From: Ylistrum balloti
Lineage: Eukaryota
DNA length: 64,000 nt
Assembly (NCBI RefSeq): GCF_031769215.1
Contig: NW_026782667.1
Coordinates: 1-64,000 of the forward strand
Direction of reading: 5' to 3'
Below the pieces are notes generated by a model. It did not search any database, was not told the origin of the DNA, and saw only the letters and a list, made by a program, of their open reading frames with translations. The translations under genes were made by a program, and so were the position numbers. Shown piece after piece: positions 1 to 11,200 of the stretch (the stretch's first letter is position 1; every line of letters begins with the position of its first letter).

Positions 1-2873
1 AAACTGTGTAACATATGCCTGTCCTATACTGATATGCTGACTGAGTTTTTGGCTGGTTCCATACTGAATAGAGTGTTGTATCAGTTCTGATCTGCTATGT
101 TAACCTAACTTGTATCAGATTTGAGTATAAAGGCTGGAGCTGTATTATTGAAAACTGTCTGGTATACATGGGATTTTACATGTTTTTTCTGCTTTTCATA
201 TATAGTGTGTTCAGCTTCTGGTAAGGCCTGTGTAATCCATCCATCAGACATACACTTAATCTGTCCGAATTGTGTGCCAAAATTTGTGGATTTAATTAAA
301 AAAAATCTTTATACTGCATTAGGGTCTTATCACAGAGATATGAAGATGCATTTTGCTGTAGGTTTTTCAGGCTTATAGGAATGTAAATACATTATATCTT
401 TGGAAAGAATTTGAAAAATAATGTATAAAAAGTTATTTTAGAATTTAGAATATTTTTCCAGTGATGTATTTACAGTGACCTTGATGAATTTGCTGACCTT
501 AGGAAAGAGTTGATGTCAAGAAAGATTAAGGGAGTAGACTATCATTTGCACACATGTGTAATGTATATGTAGTTTCCATACATCACTGTGGAGGAAACTC
601 CCCTCCCCTCTCTGATACAATAGTTCTTAACTCTAAAAACATTTAAAAAGCAGAATAATATAAGTACAAGAATTTTTTGTCAGATATAGATATATTGATG
701 GCTTAGATACAAGTAAGTATCTTGCTAGTTTCTCCTATAAGATGTTTAGATGAAGATTAAGATTGACAGATCTCTGAAGTGTGAAAAATAAGGAACATTT
801 ACGGTATTTGAATGCCAGACTGGGTGGCCTTACTGAGGTGGCTATTTGTGGCCGTCTGGTTAATGAGGCCACCATTCCACCTCCCTGTGGTTGTGGTGAT
901 AAATGGGGCCTCCCCTAATGAATCCTCAGTCCTCTAAATGTGCCCTTATCCTCAGAAAGAAAGGGGCTATAATCAGACTGAAGTTTGATACAGTGAACTG
1001 GCTTGGGAAGTTGTCAAAGTTTGAATGATTTGGTCTTGATTTAGTGGAGGCAAAGGAATCCTCTTGTACCAGTGGATGTGTCTATTTCAGGCAGCTGAGA
1101 TAAAGCTCTTTTGTGATTTTGAAAATCTAGCTTCTGTATGATTCTGATCAGACTGTTTTATGTCAATGTTTTTTTTCTTCTTTTTATTCCCTGGATATGA
1201 ACCTGAATGTAGCAACTGCCATTTTCACTGTCAGTGATATAAAATCAGTGACGATTTCCGGCATTTTGTGGCCCAGAGATAGATTTGATTTGTATGCAGC
1301 TTGTAATGTTGTTTTTAGTGCTGAATCTAAAAGAATTTTGGATGTAGTTAGATGATATGAATATCATTTAGGAAATTATATGCACGTTTGCCACGTTTCC
1401 CGAATAATAGCAGTGAAAATTACTATATAAATTTGTGACCATACTGAATTAATTCAAAAATTAAAACTCCATCTACCGCACAGATTTTATTAATATCTCA
1501 TAAAACCTAACAAAGGTCTTCCATAGACTGATGGTGGATCGGATGAAAGATTCTTGAATCTGTGACAATGATCAAGGTTAATGCTACCTTGGTTACAATC
1601 AGTTGGGAAATGGCATATTATTCATTTCTTTTATAGCATAATTTATGTGTTTAGCTTTCAGTAACTTTCTCATACTTCTGTAGTTTTTTTCTGGATACAA
1701 TTAATTTGTTGGTTTTTTTTTATTTAGTTTAAGACATCACAAATTTTTTTTTTTACATGAACATATTATTTACTAATATATATATATGTGTGCGTGTATT
1801 CTTCAATAATAAGTCACAAAAATTCTGAAGATGAAAGTAATACAATACATAGGCTGTACATGTAGATGGGAAGCCTATTGTTAGTTCTTGATTGTTTAAC
1901 GGTATAAACAGTTTGATGTATACCTGTAAATTGAAAACAAATTAGCATACTTCAGTTCTCTAATGATGTGTGCATGTAAACTGAAAGTAGAATATGTTCT
2001 GCTTTATTACACACATTTAGTTTGCATTTCATCAATACTGGATATCATTTTCTACAGTTATAGACCTATTTTATTGTTGATATTCTGTGTTTATTGCTAT
2101 TTGATATTACAGGATTTTTTTTGTTTTATATTTGCACTTGGAAAACTACTGGAGCAGAAAGACATCAACAAGCAATAGATGTAAACAGTTCTGTATCCTG
2201 AACGAACCAACAATATAACAGATAAGCTCTCTAGTGGACTATTTCATGGCCAACTGGCATTTGTGATTTATTCTGGTCTCCACTAAGTGCAAAATAATTG
2301 AACCACATGCCATAAATGCAGACTTGGTGTTTCCCTGACAGCCACTTGCCGATTAGAGTGTTGGGCTCAAAGAGGCCAGTAATCTGTCTGGGTGTTATTT
2401 CTTGCACTTCCTACTGATTGACCCCGCTGAGGTTCAAGTACAACAGGTCAGATAGAACAGATTTTGACCGATGGTCATCATGGATGTAAACAATATAAGG
2501 TTTGAATTAACCTAAAAATGCAGTAAGGGTAACCTTATATTTGTATCTAAGCATCAGATGGACACAGCTATGTTTAGTTAAACATTATTGGGTATTTTCC
2601 TTTGGTGTCTGTTCTGGATCATGTCATTTGATGGTATAAAGAGAAGAATATAGACACATATTCATGGCCACTTAATAATCTGTAACCTTATCACTCAAAT
2701 TGATTTGGGAAGTAGTTTTCACTAAGAATGGACTATTCCATCCGTTTGATGTTTCTTAAAGATATGGATTAATTTTCTGCCATTTCAATGTACTACTGGA
2801 CATTCCTGGACAGGCATATGCCTGTCCAAGGGATGGAGGTACACCAGTTGATAACATGTCTCTGTTGTGATGT

Positions 2874-3229
2874 TACCTGTGTCATGGAATGTTGATATAT
2901 ACAGGTGGCCAATCATTAACCTACCTGTAGAATTTCTACAGGTGTCTTCACAAATATAAATTGGTACCACCTACCAGGTAGACATGTTAGCCGTCTGATT
3001 GACTGACCCTTACCTGTGAGTACCTGTATATCCCTTACACAGCTGTATATCTCTCTGATTAACTCAGCTTACCTGCCATACCTGTATACTTTACGTACGC
3101 TTGCTAGAAGTTCAACTGTAAACTTATCCCTCTCACATGGAGGCTGTTGCATGTTAGGGTCTGAAGGGCGAGGGTCAACTATCTCAGTGATGATAAACAG
3201 CTATGGAATAACAGCTCTCTCAATACCTG
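2874..3229. promoter_or_regulatory. Homotypic cluster of CAGGTA/CAGGTG (E2-box; Snail/Scratch/ZEB-type) motifs
   Basis: Ten CAGGTR/YACCTG hexamers start at 2874, 2902, 2922, 2939, 2975, 3011, 3021, 3070, 3079 and 3224, not as a tandem repeat. Function is inferred. Confidence 0.35.
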
Positions 3230-3629
3230 TCATAGGCATTGTTTACACTCCACGTCAAATCTTATTGTCCCACTCCAAAGACTTCAAGTTTCTGTGTATT
3301 ATGATATCTTAAGTTTATCGAGAAGACTCAATCATGGCAGGGGAAGAGGTGCTGTATTGTGAAGTGTCGTCAAGTGAGAAATATTTGTCCTGTTGTTTGT
3401 GATGCTTGTATTTCATTCATTCATGATTCAATCTTAATGTCATTTTGTAAACAAGGATATCAGAACCAGACTTATCCTTAATTCACATGCAACAGTCCAG
3501 TAGTGTAAAGACAGACTTTTTTCTCCAACAGTATAATTTGATGGACTCTGGAGGAGTTATGATCTTGTGCACTGTGTATAGATGATAGTGGTAAAACACC
3601 AAGAAAAAACAGATCTGGTTTTGTTCTCC

Positions 3630-3670
3630 CTAATTGCTATACTTGGAACCTACTTTCTCTTTCTTTTCAG
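3630..3670 (+). other. Orphan strong 3' splice site (possible non-coding or UTR exon starting at 3671)
   Basis: Branch-point-like CTAAT at 3630-3634, pyrimidine tract TACTTTCTCTTTCTTTT and CAG ending at 3670. All three downstream frames close within about 30 codons and there is no strong donor. Confidence 0.3.
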
Positions 3671-4337
3671 CTGTATCATTTGACCTTTGGTCCTGCAAGG
3701 TCATAAAACCAGGAACTTCAGACTTTGGACATGGTTCTATCAGACTTGTATCATGATCAATTTTAGTTCAGTGGGGGATATTTTTCTGTTTGATTATAAA
3801 AAAAAAGTTGTATATGTACTACAATTACAAATGATGTCTACAAACTTTTGGCTAAAAATGTGTAATTCCTTGTTTGGAACAATATTTGGAAACCTATCAT
3901 TTCAACTGATGGACCAAATAAGCAGTCTCTGCTATGTCAATTTGTTGTCAGGCGAACTTCTATTTGATAGCAGAAGATTGTAACTAAATGCCAATTTTGA
4001 GTGATGGGAGCCGTGAGCTATGAAATTTGAGTGTGAAAGATAATCAGGGTCTAGATGGCATGCTTTAATGAAGCACTGTTTGGAAGGGTTTGTGAAATCT
4101 ACCTTTCAGACAGGTGGGTTGTGAAATTGATAGGAGAAAATGACATTTTAGTGGAGAAAATCTAATTCACCATTCCTCTCTGTCATTTGTGTTTAAGACC
4201 TGCTTTGTCCAAGTTGCTCCATTAACTCCCTCACAGAAAAGTGACATCTCAGAAAATTTGACCTAGGACAGGCACATGTCATTTTGACAAACAGATGGCT
4301 ATCCATGCAGTATATGTTTGTATTTGAGAAAAGCAGG

Positions 4338-4505
4338 TTTTGGTGGGATGTACTTGATTGATATTAGATAGAATTTTGTTGTCTGTACCTGGTTGATAGT
4401 AGAATAATTTTGGTGGGTTGTACTTTGTTGGTATGAGCGAGACTTTGGTGGGGCATACTTGGTTGGCAGTAGAGTGATTTTGGTGGGGTGTACTCGGGTG
4501 GCAAA
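4338..4505. repeat. Degenerate ~35-bp minisatellite, 5 copies
   Basis: A TTTTGGTGGGnTGTACTT-like core recurs at 4338, 4374, 4408, 4443 and 4478. Confidence 0.7.
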
Positions 4506-6675
4506 TAGCTGGGTGTTCTGAGTTCCCTACCCCACACAGTCTATTATCCACAGGCTATTTATGCATCAGGCTCCTTACAATGTCTTTACAATAACCTGTC
4601 AGTCTGACGTCAACTGGACATGAACTCCCGTTTTGACATTCAGTTTGCCCTCTCTAGGCAGTTAATAGAACAATCTAAATCAATCAGTGGTAGAATGGAT
4701 GCTGAAGGGGTGGGTAGTGCTGAAAGACTGACCTTGGTACAAACTACTGATACATAGGACCTTCTTTGTGTGTTTTTGAAATGTTTCTAATAGGAAATCT
4801 AACACATTTTGCCTGGCTAAACTACATATTTTACCACTGTACTGGAATAATGGGGACAGTCAAAAAGGATTAAGTGGTGAATTGATTTAGTTAAAAAGAG
4901 TTCAGCAGTAGTTTGAAAAATATCTGTGGGTGGGGGGGGGGTGGTTGGTGTTTTGTTATTGAAGGAATTGTTATGAAAACATAATTTGCTGAATTCCTTT
5001 ACTTGAGATTTATGGTTAAGAGCAGATACCTGTAGCAAAAATATTCCATAGGTAGATTTCAGCTATTTCTATTGAAAAATTTGAAGTTGGTCATTATTGT
5101 TGGAGGATTCATTGCCCTCCCCCAGCTTTGTAAGGATGTCAGACCTTGTCTGTGCCTCTAGGCAGCCCTTAACACTGGCAAGTTTCACAGAACACCTTGT
5201 GGGGACAGCCTAGCTCCTCAGAATGTACTTACAGCCTCATCTTTATTTCTGTCTTTTTTTTGTATGTACCTGGTACATGTACATTAACATGGATTAAAAT
5301 GTTTCTGAAATAAAGAGAAAATGTTTTAAAGATTTGTTTTCAAGGAGAATCAGCCTGTAAAGTATTTTTAGTTAGAATAAGATAACAAGACTTTGTTGAG
5401 TAGGTCCTGTCTGTCTGGAAGGTGCTGCTCAACAAAGCTTTGGAATAGTAACACTGATTAGAATGATAAGTCCTCTGGAATCTAAGGTCTACTGCCCAGT
5501 GGGAGACCAGACTTCACACACTGGTATCCTTTTAGTGGATTTAAAGAAATCAGATTCTCATTGTGTATGTTTACCTGCCTTTTTGGAGGATTTATATAAT
5601 ACCTTGCTCTTTACATACAAATTGTAGCCAGGAACATATTTTTCCCACTATATTTGGTATTTGCTATTGGCAATCAAAAATGTTCACAAGAATTTTGTCT
5701 CAGGATTTAGAAATCCTTTACACATCATCTACCCGATTGAAAAAAGAGGAAATTAAGCAAAAAGTATTCACTGCATAAAGAATAAACGATGAGTTTTAAT
5801 CATTTAAGTCAGAAATACAAAGTATGGTGGAATGCTTTCTTCACAATGGATGATGCAGGAGTATTAATTGATAAAGTTGGCTGTGTGTGTTCTTGCATCA
5901 AGTATAAGGGATTTAAGGGTTTTTACTTGTGAACTTCATTTCTAAGTTTTTAAAGATGAAAGGAGATTGTAAATGGATTAAGCTCATGACCAAGGGTCTT
6001 GTGATACAACATCTTGTTCCTGCCCCCATGCGATTGTTTGGGGTTGTGTTTGTGCCACCACAAAGTCGGCTACTGGTGGCAATAATGGAAAAATAAATTG
6101 TCTCGGCACATTCATGTTCATTTCGAAGGATTTGGACACAGCTCTTTCATGTATCATTGCCAATTATTTCATGATATAAGAGATTTGATGGAAGATTACA
6201 GCTATCTCAGTGTCAGTATGTGAGAAAACACCCAAAGCCTGTTTGTTGCTGCATTATAAATGCAAAAACGATCTATGATTTCTATCTATATATGAAGTAA
6301 GGTTCTGTGATGGACACACAGGAAGTTAAAAGCTGATTCTGACAATCATTGCCGAAGTGGAAGATGATAAAAATAATGTATCATGCATGTTCACCAACGG
6401 CCATTTATCACACTTCCAATTTGTAAAGGGCTGTAGTTCATAGTATAAATTGATGTTTGTTACAATAAGTTGAAGTGTATCAGAAATAAATGATCTTAGT
6501 GATGATTGTCAAATCTTCATTTCTTCTCTGAAAAGTAAAAACTCACAGACATAAATATAGTTGGACTCCCATTAAAATGTAGTTAGACTCATTACTGTAT
6601 CAAATTACCAAGCTGGCTGTCATGATATTAGCTTACATTATTAACCTCTTCTTCATAAAATATAAGAAAAAAGGA

Positions 6676-7101
6676 TAGCATTATGGTAATGCTAGTGTTG
6701 TATTTTAGTTTCTAGTATTTTGGTAATGCCTGTGTTAAAGTTTAGTTTCTAGTATTATGGTAATGCCTGTGTTAAAGTTTAGTTTCTAGCATTATGGTAA
6801 TGTCAGTGTTAAAGTTTAGTTTCTAGCATTATGGTAATGCCTGTGTTGTATTTAAGTTTCTAGTATTATGGTAATGCCTGTGTTAAAGTTTAGTTTCTAG
6901 CATTATGGTAATGTCAGTGTTAAAGTTTAGTTTCTAGCATTATGGTAATGCCTGTGTTGTATTTAAGTTTCCAGTATTAATCCTGTGTTAAAGTTTAGTT
7001 TCTAGCATTATGGTAATGTCAGTGTTAAAGTTTAGTAGCATGCCTGTGTTGTATTTAAGTTTCCAGTATTATGGTAATGCCTGTGTTAAATTTTAAGTTT
7101 C
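6676..7101. repeat. 37-bp minisatellite, 12 units, with a 111-bp trimeric higher-order repeat
   Basis: Unit TAGCATTATGGTAATGCCTGTGTTAAAGTTTAGTTTC. Starts at 6676, 6713, 6750 and so on; units 9-11 carry deletions. Confidence 0.97.
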
Positions 7102-7215
7102 ATGCTAAGACATATTCAGTATTTTAACTTTCTTTAATCTTTCATTATTATGGGAAAAAAATAGTGTCAGTGACATGATGCCTACCTCTGCAGGAACAGA
7201 TTCTTATTTCAAAGA

Positions 7216-7228
7216 AGGTCAAAGGTCA
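7216..7228 (+). promoter_or_regulatory. Perfect nuclear-receptor DR1 motif AGGTCA-A-AGGTCA
   Basis: Exact match to the DR1 consensus bound by RXR/COUP-TF/HNF4-class receptors. Function untested. Confidence 0.3.
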
Positions 7229-8073
7229 CATGGTCTTTTGAGGGTGCTTTCCGATAACTTATCAGTTGTGACGATGATTACATCATGAGGTTCCTCTGCA
7301 CATGTGATCTTGTCAGAAACAGATTCTTAACCAGCTACAGGTTTTTAGGGTTGGCATCATACCGTCTTGTAAAACAGAATCCTCCAATCAAATCACAATC
7401 TGTTTAAATGGAAAGAATTTTTGACACTAATTGTGCTGCATTTAGACCTTTTTGAGGAATCTGTGTATTAAAAGTCAATTTTTCGTTATTTTAAAGTTGG
7501 AGATGTCATTGGATTCTTTTTTCTGGTAAAAGATTGGAGATATTTTGTAGCATGTGTACATGTATATCTGTATAGAGTTGACCATTATCTGAAGAACTGA
7601 CAGAAACATTAAGAGTAATGGGAAAAACAACTTAAGATGGCTACAGGTGTGTTTAAAGGGTTCTTTAAAAGTAAAAGTGCAACAAGTAAAAACAGTCTGC
7701 TGATAAAGTCAATTTGCAGTCTGATGAAGTCGACAAAAGTAAAGTGCATATAAAGAAAGGGATACTTGGATTTTTACTGCTGAACTTTGACTGTGATGCT
7801 TTAAAATTGAAGGTTGTTAAGGTAACAGCTTGTAGATACTAGAGAGTGAAACCCAAAATAATGTTACCGTATGCTACATAATAAGCACTGTGTTGCTCCT
7901 GCAGTCCATGTTTTAACCTCAAAATAATGTTACCATGTGCCACTTTTAAAGCACTTGTTATAAGATGTTCACAGTCAGGCATTGCAGATATACACAAAAG
8001 CCATTTTGAAATCCTGATTAAAACCAATTATACAATAGTTTCCTAGGTTTTACAATATTCCTTTTCGCATATT

Positions 8074-8225
8074 TTACAAATCTGAAGAGTTAATGTTTAG
8101 ATTTAAGGGTTTCTTGTGGTTGTATTATAAGACCGAGTAGTGGTATTACAAATCTGAAGAGCTAATGTTTAGATTTAAGGGTTTCTTGTGGTTGTATTAT
8201 AAGACCGAGTAGTGGTATTACAAAT
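8074..8225. repeat. 72-bp tandem duplication (2 copies)
   Basis: TTACAAATCTGAAGAG...GTAGTGGTA starts at 8074 and 8146, with a third TTACAAAT at 8218. The copies differ at one position. Confidence 0.97.
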
Positions 8226-11200
8226 TTTATATGATCATCAGGCATATTTAAATCTGGAGCCTGCTCTTTATGGCTGCTCCTTCAGAAAGCCAAAACAACT
8301 ACAAAGTGTGAAAATTCTCATTTTCTTTCAATATTATTCAATCTTCTTTAAAGATTTAACAAAAAATAATTTCACAGTTTGTACCAGGCTGTCAAAAAAC
8401 ACACTTCATCCCAACATGTCACAGCAATTTTGATATGTAGCAGATTTGGCCCTTTCCTTAAGTAGTGTAAAAATGCTTCATAATCAATATCTGAGTGCAT
8501 ACTACATTGATTGAATGCTTTTAATTCAGATCTTGATAATGGTAGGATCTACTGCTTAAGATGTGACTTCCTATTTTTATGGTTGAAAGCTTGTGAAAGT
8601 TTAAAGCAGTTGTCAGGTCTTTGATGAGATACAAAATGTGAGCATGTGAAACGATACAAATACTAACCCTAATAGGGATAGGGTTGAACATGGGTTTATA
8701 TATATAGATTTATCATAGATGATAGAAATTTAACAGATTTACGTCAAATTTTGAATGCTCTCCAAGATTCGAATTTGCTTTCAAGGTCGCATGAATGATA
8801 AAGTTTGTCAGGTTTGGATATTCTGTGATAGTGACAGGTGTTATTTATATGGGAGGGTTTGTTACTTGAATCATGAACTAGGATTCTCACACGATTTAAG
8901 GAGGCTGCAGCCGGTAAGATGCATAAGAACTGCAACACATGCAATGTCTTTGTTTTCAGGATCAAGGTCAACTGCTTAATTCATCAACTTGCATGTGGCA
9001 TAAATGTGTGGAATATTTTCTTGCACATATGAGGTTTATGTTATAAATGTGCCTGACCTTCCTCCAGTGAGACAGGACCATGTATTACAATGTATGACTG
9101 CAGCAGTGATTAGAATTGACAGTTGGAACATGTCCTGCCTCTTTGACAGACTTGTGAAATAAACACATAATCTAATAAACTCTGTAAGAACTTGTCAATG
9201 AAATGCTGTCACTCTTTCAATAATGTCATGTAGTCGTAAACTTCAGTGGAGAATCAGCCTTAAAAGTTATTAACACGATATACAGCTGGAAACTGGGTCA
9301 GATTATTAAAAATATGCCAACCCACTAGGACAAAATCGGGATTCAAAGATGTAAAATGAAAGCAACATGATAGATAGAAAGATCCTTACAAAAGGATGAA
9401 GTAAGGCCCTCTGAAAAGTTATCCTTTGCCACACCAGAGATTTGTCATTGAAAATTTTACACGTCATTCTATACACTCCTGTTTCAAACGTACCTGTATT
9501 ATAAAGAGCCGAGAGGAAATCTGTTTACATTAAAAATTTGTAATAGATCCATAGGCCAGAGATATGGTGGTGAGTCTATAGCTTCTTAATTAACAGCTAG
9601 TAATTAGTATTTTTGGAGATGAATTGGAGGTATTTGACCATTTTGTGCCTTAAATACATGGTTAGGGACTAGATGACTAGGCCTGGCAATATGTTAGGTG
9701 TAAGTGCGAGGCATGAGAATTGATTTCATGGTTGAATTGTTTCAGATGTGACCAGTAATGTAATTTAGCTTAATGATGAGTGGTGATGACATTTGATCTG
9801 TTAAATAAATTTCACTTTCACATTTAGAGATTAGCATGATAATTCTTTTATCATATATTTTCAGATATTTCACCTGAATCTACATGATTGTGGTAACATA
9901 ACTATATATCAGGCATAATTTTATTGGATGACAAGAGATTCCATTTGATGATCAAAAAGATATTTTGTAGGAAATAGAAATGGATATAGGACCAAAGTCA
10001 TAATTCAGTAAAAAAAAATTCTAATGACATTCAATATTGTCTGATACGGGGTCGCTTCAAGGGTTTTTGGCAGACTTGATATTTGATACGTCCTTGCAAT
10101 GCCATCCAACATGCCAATAATATTGCGCACTGGAACTTGAAATCTAATAGAAATAGATAGTTTACTTGTTACTGAGACCAGTTTCCACAGCTATCAGACC
10201 CCATACTCCTCAAACATGATACACTATTTCTCATTAAATCATTTCATAATTTGATTTTGAAATTCATTTATTGAATCTAGTATGTCTGCTTCTTTGAATT
10301 TAATGATTGCAATAACTTTTAAGCATGACATCATTTCCTTCATCCTGTATCTGTAACTTCAGGCCTTGCCTCAAGTCCGATTCTTATCATATTTTGATAC
10401 GCGTGTAACGGCTGCCTATAGACTTATCATTGATTTTTAGAGAAAATATGACTTGATATACTGATATAGAGATTTGTAAAATACACATTTGATACAATCA
10501 GCTTTGAATGTAAGTCATAATTTCAAAATTCTGACTTACGGAAATGTTAATATTATTGTATGTGTTGTGTAATTTATTGTTAATTTTTAACTAAAGTATT
10601 ACTGCAAGCTTTGATAATGACATGTACAGCTTTTAGCTGCCAAGGATACACCAATGACACATGTCTTTTACAGTATTTTTGTTGTCAGATGTATTAATGA
10701 CAAATGGACAGTCTATATTTAGTAAATACAGAGGAGGCTGTTTACATTACTGCAGATTAAAACTAGCTTGTGTTACGAATAGACTGAAAATCTACACTAA
10801 AATATTTTAGGCAAAGACTCATTAATGACTTCCAGGTTTGGCTAAGGGTGATCTTTGAAATGTAATTGAAGAAGCTGAGAAAAATTCTCAAAAACGAAAA
10901 TGAATTGGAATCAGTTTTATTTGAGAGAGAGCTTTGGGGAGAAATTGATTTGAAAGCCTTTTTATATCTCCCATCATGAGTGGGGAACGTGGATTTGTAT
11001 CGACAGAGTTGCAAATTTGCTGATTTACGAATAAATGTTGACAAAAAGCTTTCAGGATCTGGACAGTAAGTGGCCAATCTTGGTGATTTAGTGACAATCT
11101 TTACTGTAACAAATATCCTTCAGCCTTTTCACAGGTGGGCTTACCACTGAAAATTTCCCTTTTCAGATCGAATTTGTTAAAAAACAGTTGAAAGCTTATA

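Noticed and set aside
4928-4948. G-rich run as a G-quadruplex
   Set aside because: It cannot supply four loop-separated G3 tracts; it is a simple poly-G microsatellite.
10017-10343. Protein-looking minus-strand frame (VPVRNIIGMLDGIARTYQ...)
   Set aside because: Four stops in about 109 codons is close to random for AT-rich DNA, and no domain was recognised.
10860-11090. Plus-strand frame ending GEIDLKAFLYLPS, reminiscent of reverse transcriptase motif A (DIRS-like IDLKDAY)
   Set aside because: No downstream LPFGL or YLDD motifs in any frame.
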